From an uncultured bacterium (GTDB lineage: Bacteria; Desulfobacterota_D; UBA1144; Nemesobacterales; UBA2774), in NCBI GenBank assembly GCA_963825135.1, contig CAWGRW010000010.1:160026-224025 (forward strand): a DNA stretch of 64,000 bases, in the 5' to 3' direction. A program made the translations under genes and the position numbers. Shown one piece after another: positions 43,086 through 53,792 of this stretch (positions are counted from its first letter, which is position 1; each line of letters begins with the position of its first letter). The notes under the pieces were generated by a model, which saw only the letters and a list, made by a program, of their open reading frames with translations, was not told the DNA's origin and did no database searches.

Positions 43086-43233
43086 ATGGATTCGGAATTC
43101 GGAAAAATAGCCGGGACCGGGCCCGCATGCGTCCTATGAGAAAGGACGAACGCCGGGCATACTTAGATGACGCGGACGGGCGGGGCGGAAGGTTTATCCG
43201 GGCCCCCGGCCGGCCCGGAAGAGGCGCAGTGCA

Positions 43234-43857
43234 ATGGAGATTCTCGACAACCCCCGGCAGATCATCCAATACGCCCTCCTTTGCTTCATCCCGATATTCG
43301 TGGCCGTGGACCCGGTGGGGATAGTGCCCATGTTCCTAACGCTCACGAGGGGCTACGAGGCCCCGGAGAGGCGGAGGATAGTGCTCGACTCGCTCCTCAC
43401 CGCGGCGGTGATCGGCATAATCTTCGTGCTGGCGGGGAAGACGATATTCCTTTTGCTCGGCATCACGATCCAGGACTTCGCCATAGCGGGAGGGGCGCTC
43501 CTGTTCATACTCTCCATCATCGACCTGCTCGGAGACGGGAGCGCGAGGGTGCACGGGGCCGAGCCTCGGGGCGCGCTCGGCATATTCCCCCTCGGCACGC
43601 CGCTCATCGTGGGCCCCGCGGTGCTGACCACGCTCATCATACTCGTCGATACGTACGGCTTCGTCCCGGCGCTCGCGGCCTTCGCGCTCAACCTCTGCGT
43701 GCTCTTCATAGCCCTCTTCAAGGCGGACCTCATATTCCACGTGCTGGGGGAGAACGGGACGAGGGCCTTCGCCAAGATAATGAGCATCCTGCTCGCCGCT
43801 ATAGGGATCATGATGGTGCGCAAGGGGATAATGGCGCTGATAGGGCTATATCAGTAA
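43234..43857 (+). CDS. MarC family membrane protein
   Basis: FVAVDPVG, FAIAGGALLF, FPLGTPLIVGP. Confidence 0.92.
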   Translation: MEILDNPRQIIQYALLCFIPIFVAVDPVGIVPMFLTLTRGYEAPERRRIVLDSLLTAAVIGIIFVLAGKTIFLLLGITIQDFAIAGGALLFILSIIDLLGDGSARVHGAEPRGALGIFPLGTPLIVGPAVLTTLIILVDTYGFVPALAAFALNLCVLFIALFKADLIFHVLGENGTRAFAKIMSILLAAIGIMMVRKGIMALIGLYQ

Positions 43858-44121
43858 TGAAATCGAACCCCTTCGTACTTCGACAAGCTCAGCACGAACG
43901 GGTTATTCTTCCCAATTTTTCAGCGATCACTGAACGTCAGTACGTCCGCGGCGTCAATCCAATCCTCTATTAACTTCCCTCTCCCTTGAGGGGAGAGGGC
44001 CAGGGTGAGGGTGATATTTATCCCCCTCATCCTACCCTTCTCCCACACGGGGGAGAAGGAACTCTAGTTGCCCCCGCATCCTGCATCTTGCATCCTGAAT
44101 CATGAATCGTGCATTCTCATC

Positions 44122-44135
44122 GTTGCATCCGCAAC
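44122..44135. promoter_or_regulatory. GTTGC-N4-GCAAC operator upstream of marR
   Basis: Same palindrome as 43036 and 43072. Confidence 0.72.
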
Positions 44136-44157
44136 GAGGGCGCATTATATTATGCGT

Positions 44158-44631
44158 ATGAAGAAAAAACCGGGCGTCACGGCGCATAACAAATGGACGG
44201 ACACGGAGACCTCTGCCTGGACCGGGCTCGTGAGGGCGCAGCAGTACCTCATCGGCAAAGTCGAAGACGCGCTCAGGGAGCGGGGCCTGCCCCCCCTCCC
44301 CTGGTACGACGTCCTCTGGGAGCTCGACCGGGCCCCCGGCGGGAACCTCCGGTTAAACGAGCTCGGCAGGCGCGTGCTCCTCGACAAGTACAGCGTCACG
44401 AGGCTCTCCCAGAGGCTCGAACGGGAAGGACTCGTGAGACGCGTCCCATGCACTCAGGACGGGCGCGGAATATTCGCCCACATCACGGCCGACGGTAGGA
44501 AGCTCAGGAGAAAAATGTGGCCCGTGTACGAGCGCGCGGTCAAGGAGCACTTCCTTTCGAAATTCGGGAAGGAGGACATAGCCCGCATCGACAGGCTCAT
44601 GGGACGCTTAAGCGAGTCCGGGATTGAGTAA
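44158..44631 (+). CDS. MarR family transcriptional regulator
   Basis: WYDVLWEL...VTRLSQRLEREGLVRR..DGRG. Confidence 0.9.
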   Translation: MKKKPGVTAHNKWTDTETSAWTGLVRAQQYLIGKVEDALRERGLPPLPWYDVLWELDRAPGGNLRLNELGRRVLLDKYSVTRLSQRLEREGLVRRVPCTQDGRGIFAHITADGRKLRRKMWPVYERAVKEHFLSKFGKEDIARIDRLMGRLSESGIE

Positions 44632-44700
44632 GCGCGGCATCGGCTGTATAATGAATGTCGCCGGGATACGGTCACAGGGCCCGTCACAGGAGGATCATTC

Positions 44701-44985
44701 GTGAGGACATTTACAGCAGTGCTTATTATTTTATCGCTATCCGCGCCCGCATTCGCCCAAGACCAGTCGCAATACCCGATTGCCGCTATAAAGAACGGTT
44801 ACATGTACGTCGGGCAGAAGCCCTACAAGATGCTGGGCAAATGCCCGACGTTTCAGGTAGGGGATATGATAACGTTCTCCGAAAACCCCATCACCTGCGA
44901 GACTGTAACGGCGATAGACACGGACGGGCTTACGACCTGCAACCTCGTGTGCCTCGACAACCTCGACGCGCCCGACCCCGACTGA
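44701..44985 (+). CDS. Small secreted Cys-containing protein
   Basis: AGGAGG RBS, GTG start, signal peptide ending AFA. Confidence 0.75.
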   Translation: MRTFTAVLIILSLSAPAFAQDQSQYPIAAIKNGYMYVGQKPYKMLGKCPTFQVGDMITFSENPITCETVTAIDTDGLTTCNLVCLDNLDAPDPD

Positions 44986-45096
44986 CGCACAGTGTGCGTT
45001 CTACGATCCTACCGTTACTCCTCTGCCCGACCGGCGGCTTTGGTTTGAATTGTCCGCGAGTCCCGCCCGCGCGCTCCGCGCAAAGGCTCCGTTAGC

Positions 45097-45134
45097 CGCC
45101 TAAAAATGAAGCTTGCCTGCTTAATTGTCGTGCA
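45097..45134. promoter_or_regulatory. Two tandem NtrC-like sites (GC-N11-GC; TGCTTAATTGTCGTGCA)
   Basis: 21 bp apart, ~280 bp upstream of a sigma54 promoter and amtB. Confidence 0.55.
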
Positions 45135-45397
45135 GAGCGATCGCCCTATCGTGCAAATCCATCGCGTAATTCCCGCGAGCCCGGCCCGCCCGGGAAATAA
45201 AATTATTTAATCCGTCGGCCGCGCTTTTATCCGCGCTCAAAGTAAACGGCATACGTATACGACTAAAGAAATCAAGACTTACGGAAGGTTATAAGAGAGA
45301 TTAAAAAAAACTGACCGGCCGCGTCCGCGCGCCGGGATTTATCGAGTATCGGTATTGGACCGCCCGGAAAAAATTCCGGCTCCGTTCCGAGCCCCGA

Positions 45398-45413
45398 TGG
45401 CATGCCTTTTGCT
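45398..45413 (+). promoter_or_regulatory. Sigma54 promoter TGGCATGCCTTTTGCT
   Basis: GG-N10-GC spacing, directly upstream of amtB. Confidence 0.8.
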
Positions 45414-45452
45414 CTTTCCAGTCTTAACTCATTATAAGGGAGGCCACTGCAT

Positions 45453-47079
45453 ATGTTTCCGAAAAGGATGGGAATGAAGAGGGCCGGAACGGGCAAGACG
45501 GGGGTCATTGCCGGTTTCATTAATGGGCAAGTAAAGGTGCTGAGAGAATGTAAGCCGTCTAGTCTTATTTGTCTGCTGTTCATCTTGTGTCTTTTTGCGT
45601 TGCCGATTATGAGCTGGGCCGGCGACCCGAGCGGCGGCGCTACCGGGACCATAACCGACGTACCGGCCGCCGAGGCGGGCAAACCGGTGCTTGAAGAAAT
45701 TGCGACAGCGGTAGGCCACAACAAGATCTCAATAAATATAGTATGGACCCTGATAACGGGGTTCCTCGTCATGTTCATGCAGGCCGGGTTCGCGATGGTC
45801 GAAACAGGTTTCACACGGGCCAAGAACGTAGCTCATACCATGGGCATGAACTTCATGGTTTACGCGATAGGTATGCTCGGCTTCTGGATTTGCGGGTTCG
45901 CCTTCATGTTCGGGGGCATCGGAGCCCTGGGGACGCTGGGAGGCGCCGTGCATCTCGACCAGGAAGTCACGGTCAACCTGTTCGGCCACACGTTCGGGCT
46001 TTTAGGAATGAAAGGGTTCTTCCTGTCAGGCGACACTTACGACGTGGGGGTATACGCGATGTTCCTGTTCCAGATGGTTTTCATGGACACCACAGCCACA
46101 ATTCCCACGGGCTCTATGGCGGAAAGATGGAAATTCCTTCCCTTCGTAATATACGGGTTCTTCGTATCCATGATCCTGTACCCGCTCTACGGGAACTGGG
46201 TCTGGGGCGGAGGGTGGCTCGCGCAGCTCGGAGTTAATTTCGGACTCGGTCACGGGCACGTGGACTTCGCGGGCTCGTCCGTCGTGCACATGGTCGGCGG
46301 AGTGGCCGCTCTGGCGGGGGCTATGGTACTCGGGCCCCGCATAGGGAAGTTCAAGAAGGACGGGACGGCTCTCCCGATCCCGGGACATAATATCCCGATG
46401 GCTATAGTAGGCACGTTCATCCTGGCGTTCGGCTGGTTCGGGTTCAACCCGGGCAGCACGCTCGCGGGAACCGACCTGAGGATAGCGGTGATCGCGACCA
46501 ACACGATGCTTGCGTCGGCAGCCGGGGCGTTTATGGCAATGCTTATCATGTGGGTTAAATTCGGCAAGCCGGATCCCAGCATGATGGCGAACGGGCTCCT
46601 TGCGGGACTCGTCGCTATAACGGCCCCTTGCGCATTCGTCAACAGCGTGTCGGCCGTAATAATCGGACTCATCGCGGGCGCTCTGGTAGTTGGAAGCGTG
46701 TTCTTCATCGAACGCACGCTCAAGGTGGACGATCCGGTAGGCGCTGTCTCGGTGCACGGGGCGTGCGGGGCCTGGGGAGTCCTGAGCCTCGGGCATCTTC
46801 GCCGACGGCGTTTACGGAGACGGCTGGAACGGCGTCGCGGGCCCGGTCAAGGGCCTTCTTTACGGCGACTCGTCGCAGTTCATGGCCGAGGTCGTGGGCG
46901 TGATCGCCAACTTCGTCGTCATCTTCGTTCTCAGTTACGTCTTCTTCAAGATCGTGGACGCGATCATCGGCATGAGAGTATCAGCCGATGTGGAAGTGCA
47001 GGGACTAGATATGCCGGAGATGGGGATAGACGGTTACGCAGCGTATACCGATTACCCTCAGCCTCATACGGATAGATAG
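45453..47079 (+). CDS. amtB: Ammonium transporter; frameshift near 46790, true C-terminus in the 46882-47079 frame; start may be downstream
   Basis: FMQAGFAMVETG, DFAGSSVVH, FGWFGFN, DDPVGAVSVHG. Confidence 0.93.
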
Positions 47080-47104
47080 AGAATACAAATAGAATACAAA
47101 CAGC

Positions 47105-47146
47105 AGAGAGCCGCGGTTATTTAAGGCCGCGGCTCTCTCTTCTTTT
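47105..47146 (+). terminator. Terminator hairpin after amtB
   Basis: AGAGAGCCGCGG...CCGCGGCTCTCT plus T-rich tail. Confidence 0.75.
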
Positions 47147-47376
47147 CAAGTACAATAACAATACCAAGCGCGCAACTAATCGGCGCCTGTGCGGAAACGC
47201 AACACGCCTTAGTCTTTATGCCTCTACAGGTCAGGGTTTATACCGGGGCGCACGAGGCGACGGGCCCTTCCGGCCTCCGCAGTTTCCCTTTTTACAGACC
47301 TGTTAAATTCCACTACTTTCCACCCCGATTTGTAGTTATAGTTAATCCTTAATTCAAGACGGCGGCGGAGAGTTTT

Positions 47377-48084
47377 ATGCCTCAGCAGGAAGAAAAAGAA
47401 ATCAGCCTCCTCAAGAGGTTCATTAACCGCATGAGGAGCAGGAGGTTCGCCTATCTGACGAAGTCCCTCGTCCTCCTGATCATCGCGTACCCGTACCTCG
47501 AGATCGAAGTCGTCGGGCAGGTGGTAATGACCGTCATCACGATAATTGTGATGGTGTCCCTGATCATAGCAGTGAGCGACACGAGGCGCAGCATCGTCAT
47601 CGCGCTCTGCCTGACCGTCCCGTGGTTCGTGACGCTCATGATAAACTTCCCGCTGTTCGAGGCCGAGCGCGGCATAGTCGTAAAGAAGGAGATAGTATTC
47701 GCGGTGCTCCTGTTCTTTTATACGACCATCACCATTTTCATGCACCTGCTCAAGAGCCGCGAGGTCACTTCCGAGATACTCTTCGCCTCGGTGTGCGTCT
47801 ACCTTCTCATAGGACTCGCCTGGGCGGCCCTCTACGTATTCATAGACTTGGTATACCCGCACTCGTTCATCGACGTCGGGGACAACCTTGCCATAACCGC
47901 GCCGAGGTTCCTGTTCTTCAGCTACATAACCCTCACGACCGTCGGCTACGGCACAATGACGCCGGTGTCGGACCCCGCGCGCTCGCTCGCGCTGCTCGAG
48001 GCCATCATCGGCCAGCTCTACCTCGCCATACTCGTCGCCCGCCTCGTCGGGCTCCACATATCGAAGCCCAAGGCCGCGGATTAA
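47377..48084 (+). CDS. Potassium channel family protein (Ion_trans_2)
   Basis: FSYITLTTVGYG selectivity filter. Confidence 0.92.
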   Translation: MPQQEEKEISLLKRFINRMRSRRFAYLTKSLVLLIIAYPYLEIEVVGQVVMTVITIIVMVSLIIAVSDTRRSIVIALCLTVPWFVTLMINFPLFEAERGIVVKKEIVFAVLLFFYTTITIFMHLLKSREVTSEILFASVCVYLLIGLAWAALYVFIDLVYPHSFIDVGDNLAITAPRFLFFSYITLTTVGYGTMTPVSDPARSLALLEAIIGQLYLAILVARLVGLHISKPKAAD

Positions 48085-48196
48085 AGGGGCTTGCGCGGAA
48101 ACAGCCGGGGGACGGCTATCTTACCGGCCCCTTTTACACTCATCCCGGCGCATTATGTATATTAATACGGACAATCAACCGACGGAGGTCATATAA

Positions 48197-48952
48197 ATGA
48201 GACTCGAAGGAAAGACAGCCCTCATCACCGGAGGGAGCGAAGGCATAGGAAAGGCGACCGCGCTCATGTTCGTAAAGGAAGGGGCGAAGGTGGCGATAAC
48301 GGGGAGGAGGAAAGAAAAGCTCGACGAGGTAGTGAAGGAGAGCGGCGGGAAGATAACCGCGCTCCAGGGGGACGTGTCCGACGAAAAGCACGTAAAGGCG
48401 GCGGTGGACGAGTTCATGAAGAAGTTCGGGAGGATAGACATACTCTTCAACAACGCGGGCATTCTCGAGGTGGGCACGGCCGTGACGACGAGCATCGAAG
48501 CCTGGAACAAGATGATGAACATCAACGTAAACGGCATGTTCCTCATGTGCAAGCACGTCGTCCCCATCATGCAGAAGCAGGGCAAGGGGGTCATTATAAA
48601 TAACGGCTCGGTGCTGAGCCACATCGGGTGCCAGAACGCAATTGCCTACAACACGACCAAGGGCGCGGTCATACAGATGTCGAGGAGCCTCGCTATCGAC
48701 CACGCGAAGGAAGGCATAAGGGTCAACACCATATGCCCGGGGTTCATCAAGACTAAGATGAACGAGGACTTCATAGGCAACCCGCCCGAGGCGCAGAAGC
48801 TGCTCGACGAGATTGCGGCGCAGATAGTGCCCATGGGATACCGGGGCGAGCCCGACGACATCGCCTACGCAGTCGTGTACATGGCGAGCGACGAGTCGAA
48901 ATACATGACCGGCGCGAGCTTAATCGTGGACGGCGGCTGGACGACCGGCTGA
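48197..48952 (+). CDS. Short-chain dehydrogenase/reductase
   Basis: TGGSEGIG, NNAG, YNTTK. Confidence 0.95.
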   Translation: MRLEGKTALITGGSEGIGKATALMFVKEGAKVAITGRRKEKLDEVVKESGGKITALQGDVSDEKHVKAAVDEFMKKFGRIDILFNNAGILEVGTAVTTSIEAWNKMMNINVNGMFLMCKHVVPIMQKQGKGVIINNGSVLSHIGCQNAIAYNTTKGAVIQMSRSLAIDHAKEGIRVNTICPGFIKTKMNEDFIGNPPEAQKLLDEIAAQIVPMGYRGEPDDIAYAVVYMASDESKYMTGASLIVDGGWTTG

Positions 48953-48979
48953 TCCCGATTTACACATACTCCCGAACAT

Positions 48980-49670
48980 ATTTCCCTCCCCCTCCCAGGG
49001 GGAGGGTGCACACAATGTGTGCTCATGTACGATCCTTCCGTAATTCCTCCGCTATCGCCGGGGAATTAGCCAAACCCGTTCGTGCTGAGCGCACGCGAAG
49101 TGTGCTGTCGAAGGGTCTCTTCCCTTCAATTTCCCCCTTAGAAAAAGGGGGATTAAGGGGGATTTAGTCTTTTCTTTTTCCCAGACATTACAGAATTTGC
49201 GGAGGGTGAGCACCCGCGGGCATACGATCTCTCCCTCCCCCTCCGCTCAACCTGGCGTGTCATTGCAACGATTGCGAGCTAGTAAGCAATCGGTCGCCCT
49301 CCGCAAAACGCAAGCAAGCTACTGTGCCATGGGAAGGACAGACTATATACAAATCTGCTTCGCAGAAGCCGCGGCAATCTCATGAATAAAGCGAGATCGC
49401 CACGACCACACTACGGTCTCGCGATGACAGAAAAAGGGGTGGGGTAGAATCGGAAGATTTAGCGAGTACATGAGATTTTTAGCAAATTCTGTAGAGTCTT
49501 TTCGGAAACCACACTACGTGTGTGATTTTTGCTTCTTTTCATCAAGGAAAAGAAGGATAAAAAAAACAGCCTTTCGCCTTTCTTTGTCTTTGCTCTGTCT
49601 TTTCGAAAGATCACACTACGTGTGTTCATCAAGGAAAAGAAGGATAAAAAAAACATCCTTTCACCTTTCT
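48980..49670 (+). repeat. Composite repeat cluster 13 (split hairpin 49181-49494)
   Basis: Left and right arms separated by other modules. Confidence 0.88.
49267..49357 (+). mobile_element. AAC-hairpin-GGWC element
   Basis: GTCATTGC|AAC GATTGC gagctagtaa GCAATC GGTC. Confidence 0.72.
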
Positions 49671-49813
49671 TTTGTCTCTCTTCTCGACCGCAAAAAAAGC
49701 CCCTTTCCTCCGCCCCTCTTCTCATTTACGCCCGGTTTGTAATATACTATATGGATGAATTATCCCTCCGCCGGCTGCGCGCCGGACGCGGGGGGAAGGT
49801 GCGGAGGGAGGAC

Positions 49814-50134
49814 ATGGACCGCATGGACACGAACTCGGCAAGGATGGGGGACCTCCTGCTGACGATAGACGATATCAGCGTGGTGATGAGCGGCAGGATA
49901 ATCTGCAAATTCCGCCTGAGCCACAGGCACGAGCCCGAGGGCACCCTGGCCGAGCTCTACGCCGAGCTCGGAGAGGACGGGGTACTCGAGGCCGTGTGCC
50001 GCACCCCGCTCACCCCGAGGCGCATGGAGATCGTCTCCCGCTTCCTCCACCTCTACGAATCCAACATCGTCAGGCACCTCAGGGACTCCGCGCGCGGCTT
50101 AACCCCCTACATGTTTAAACTCCCCATGACCTAG
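49814..50134 (+). CDS. Hypothetical protein
   Basis: GGAGG RBS; GC3-rich part of ORF 49529-50134. Confidence 0.65.
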   Translation: MDRMDTNSARMGDLLLTIDDISVVMSGRIICKFRLSHRHEPEGTLAELYAELGEDGVLEAVCRTPLTPRRMEIVSRFLHLYESNIVRHLRDSARGLTPYMFKLPMT

Positions 50135-50139
50135 TCGTT

Positions 50140-50860
50140 CACGCGCGCAGCACACAATGTGTGTCTCTACGATTCTTCCGTAACTCCTCCGCTCAACCAA
50201 CAAGCGAAGCCAAACCCATTCGCGCTGAGCGCACACGAAGTGTGCTGTCGAAGGGCACATCCCAATCCTGTCATTTCGAGCAGCGCGAGAAATCCATCTT
50301 TTGCCTTTGCTTTTGTTTTTCCCCGACATTACAGAATTTGCGGCGGGTAAGCACCCGCGGGCATACGATCTCAAGCATCCACATAAGCTCGACCCAACTC
50401 GGTCGCCCTGTACTCTTAATTCCTTCCCCCTGGAGGGGGAACTGCTTCGAGCAAGCGAGAAGTAGGACGCCCTGACCCTTTAGCCACTTGGGTAACTGTG
50501 ACCATGCTCTCCGATTTGTCGAGCATGTGGTGAGGATGGGGGTGTCACCTTTCACTCATTCAATAATCCGGTAAGTTTTTCTCTTCCCCGACATTACAGA
50601 ATTTGCGTATAGAAAATCGATTGTACGAGCGTTAAAAATCTTCCACGGGGTGGGGTTGAATTGGAAGATTTAGCGAGTACATGAGATTTTTAGCAAATTA
50701 TGTAGTCGGATGATTTTTGCTTCTTTGTATCCAGACAAAGAAGGAAATAATATTGTCTTAGCCTTTGCCTTTTCTTTGCCTTTTCTTTTTCGAATGATCA
50801 CGCTACGTATGTTCATCAAGGAAAAGAAGGATGAAAAAAACATCCTTTCACCTTTCTTTG
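50140..50860 (+). repeat. Composite repeat cluster 14 (hairpin 50588-50709)
   Basis: Shared modules. Confidence 0.9.
50440..50528 (+). mobile_element. AAC-hairpin-GGWC element
   Basis: AAC TGCTTC gagcaagcga GAAGTA GGAC. Confidence 0.72.
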
Positions 50861-50877
50861 TCTTTCTTCCCGACCGC

Positions 50878-50917
50878 AAAAAAAGCCCCTTCCCTCCGCA
50901 ACGGAAGAAAGGGGCTC
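50878..50917 (-). terminator. Terminator for the 50978 gene; related hairpins at ~20783, ~22109, ~55414
   Basis: A7-GCCCCTT...AAGGGGGC. Confidence 0.65.
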
Positions 50918-50977
50918 ACAATTTCTCAGTCATCCTGAACTCGATTCAGGATCTCATCATTTTCTTATGTTCACCTT

Positions 50978-52072
50978 CTATGCCGCCTGCGCCCTCTTGC
51001 GCTTTATCGCGAAGAGCACTCCGATCATCGCTAATCCCGCAGCAGCCGCAATCATCCCCCACTCGGAGAGCGTCGGGATGTCTACGTTGGCTAAATCTCC
51101 GCACGGCCCGATAAACCTGCCGATCGAAGAAGTAAAATCTTCCCGAAACCGGATTTGGGTGACGATCGTACCGGTCAGCAGGTCCACGACCGACACGCCG
51201 CCCGGGATGCCGTTTACAACGTACAGGGTGCGGCCGTCCGCGGTCACATCGACGTTGCCGGGTCTCGAATCAGGCGAGGTCAGGATAGTGTCGACGACGG
51301 TGTTATCCGAGGTCCTGATTACTGCGACGCTGCCCAGATCCCCTTGCGTGACATACATGAACTGCCCGTCCGGTGAAGACACGATGCCCTGGGGCTGGCC
51401 CGGAACCGGGATAGTGAAAAGAAACGTATCGTTGGCTATTCTGATGACGGCTACGTTGTCGGATCCCCTTTCCGTAACATACAGGAACTCCCCGTCGGGC
51501 GTAAGCGCGCCGGAGAATACATCGGAACCGGGCAGGGCTATGAAATCGACTACGGCGTTGTCGGACGTCCTTATCACATAAACGCCTTCCGCTGTGAGAT
51601 AAACGAACTCCCCGTCGGGCGAGACGGACAGTCCCCGGACCTGAGCCGGGCTGAAATCTATCGTATCGACGACGGTGTTGTCCGAAGTCCTGATCACGGA
51701 GACGGAATTTCCCTGGAAATTGGCGACGTAAAGAAATCTCCCGTCGGGCGTAACAACCTCGCCGTCGGGGCTGTCTCCCACGCCAATCGTCCCCAGTACG
51801 GAACCGTCCGATGTCCGGATTACGGAAACCGAGGCGCTGTCGCCGTTAGTGACGTAAAGTATGCTCCCGTCCGGACTGAACGCCGTCCCGCCCGGGATAG
51901 ACTCCACGTTTATATCCCTTACGATCCTGTTAATGTCCGTAGGTATGACGCTCACTACGCCGTCCCCGGAATTGGGGCCCGTCGAATAATTCGGGACGAA
52001 CGCGCATACCTGGGCCGAGGCGTACCCGGCTGAAACGGCTAACAAAAGAAGCGCAATAGACAACACTCTCAT
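50978..52072 (-). CDS. YVTN beta-propeller IPTL-CTERM protein
   Basis: Repeated (S/T)PDGxxLYVxN..VSVIRTSD; IPTLSEWG tail. Confidence 0.9.
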   Translation of the reverse strand: MRVLSIALLLLAVSAGYASAQVCAFVPNYSTGPNSGDGVVSVIPTDINRIVRDINVESIPGGTAFSPDGSILYVTNGDSASVSVIRTSDGSVLGTIGVGDSPDGEVVTPDGRFLYVANFQGNSVSVIRTSDNTVVDTIDFSPAQVRGLSVSPDGEFVYLTAEGVYVIRTSDNAVVDFIALPGSDVFSGALTPDGEFLYVTERGSDNVAVIRIANDTFLFTIPVPGQPQGIVSSPDGQFMYVTQGDLGSVAVIRTSDNTVVDTILTSPDSRPGNVDVTADGRTLYVVNGIPGGVSVVDLLTGTIVTQIRFREDFTSSIGRFIGPCGDLANVDIPTLSEWGMIAAAAGLAMIGVLFAIKRKRAQAA

Positions 52073-52578
52073 ACATCCTCCTCCACGCACGGGCATACAT
52101 ATATTTAAGCTGTCCTCTAGATATACTATATTGATTTTATTGTTAATTAAAGTCAATAGTTGGGGACAATTAATATATTCAGGAAGATGGCGGGACTATC
52201 TCCGGGGGACAAAAAAAACCCTCCCCCCTCCTTAACTACAGATAACGAGGGGCGAGGGTTGAGAAGGGGATATTCACATATAAGTATACATATTATCAAA
52301 AAGTAACCAAGCAGAAATTTTCAGGGCGCGTAAAAAAAACAGCGGCACCCCCGCCGCGGCGGGCTCGTTTCCCCTTCTCGAAAACTCTGCCTCGGCCGGC
52401 GGCGGGGGGATGCCGTAAACTGCATCTCCCCAATGTAACGCCTCATTTATATCTACGTAACCCGCCCGCTTTCCGGATTAAAAGCCCCGGCTCCCCCCGA
52501 GAAAAATCCCCCTCCCCTCCCGTGCGGCGTCAGGTAAACTATTGCCCTTTAGCTTTCGGCAAACAGGAGGAAACAGAT

Positions 52579-53268
52579 TTGAAAACGCATCTCGTCATAA
52601 TATCCGCGCTGGTCTTCGCGCTCGCCGCCGCCGCTCGCTCGGACGAAGTAAAGCCCGCTCCGGCGCCCGCCCCATCGGCCGTGACCGGGACCGCGCCCGC
52701 GCTTTCCGTGAGCCCGGCGCCCAAGGGGTCTCAGGCGCCTCAGTCAAAACCGGTAGAGAATTACGAATTCATGGGCACGAAATGGGGCATGTCCAAGGCC
52801 CAGGTGAAGGCCATCGAGCACAAAAAGCCCAAAAAGGAGACCGACAACTCCCTCACATTCTCGGGCAGATATAAAAAGAGGCTCGTGTACATCACTTACC
52901 AGTTCAAGGACGACAAGCTCTTCCGCGCGGGGACCATACATGTCGAAAAGCTGGATAACGACGCAATGTACCTGCAGACTTACGAAGACGTTAAAAAAGA
53001 AGTGACGGACGCCTACGGCCCGCCGGTGATCGACGGGGAAAAGCAGCTCAACCCGAAAGCCGTCATCAACCCGGACAAGAAAGCGGAAGCGGTATGCAGG
53101 GGCGACCTGACGTACGGAGCCCAATGGAACATACCCGGATCGGTGGTGTTCCTGTCTATCCGCGGAGAAAACAAGAAGTGCCTCATCACGCTCATATACA
53201 CGAGCGAAGAGGCCTTTAAATCACTCACCGGCCAGACCGAACCCGCAAACCCCGGCAGAATCAAATGA
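52579..53268 (+). CDS. Secreted protein, FxxTxWGMS family
   Basis: AGGAGG RBS with TTG start; EFMGTKWGMSKAQVK. Confidence 0.8.
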   Translation: MKTHLVIISALVFALAAAARSDEVKPAPAPAPSAVTGTAPALSVSPAPKGSQAPQSKPVENYEFMGTKWGMSKAQVKAIEHKKPKKETDNSLTFSGRYKKRLVYITYQFKDDKLFRAGTIHVEKLDNDAMYLQTYEDVKKEVTDAYGPPVIDGEKQLNPKAVINPDKKAEAVCRGDLTYGAQWNIPGSVVFLSIRGENKKCLITLIYTSEEAFKSLTGQTEPANPGRIK

Positions 53269-53269
53269 C

Positions 53270-53660
53270 GCGCCCACACACATAGTGTGTTCCACGATCC
53301 TAGTGCGGCTCCTCCACTTCTATCAACTAATGTAGGAGCGGCTTCCAGCCGCGATTCCTTTTATTCCCTCCTTTGTAAAGGAGGGTGAGGGAGGATTTTG
53401 CCTTTTTCCTTTCCCCGACATTACAGAATTTGCGTTAAGAAAATCGATTGTACGAGCGTTAAAAATCTTCCACGGGGTGGGGTTGAATTGGAAGATTTAG
53501 CGAGTACATGAGATTTTTAGCAAATTATGTAAAGTCGGATGATTTTTGCTTCTTTTCATCAAGGAAAAGAAGGATAAAAAAAACAGCCTTTGTCTTGTCC
53601 TTCCTTAGTCTTTTCTTTTCGAAAGACCACACTACGTGTGTTCATCAAGGAAAAGAAGTA
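53270..53660 (+). repeat. Composite repeat cluster 15 (hairpin 53415-53538)
   Basis: Shared modules. Confidence 0.9.
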
Positions 53661-53792
53661 AATTATATATTCGCTTTTCTCTATCCTTGTCTTTCCATGT
53701 CCGCCGGTACGGTAGATATCCTCAAATCAATCTACTCCGCACCCGGAGAGCGCGCCCCGGCGGAATACCCGGTGAAATGGTACAATTAATTT

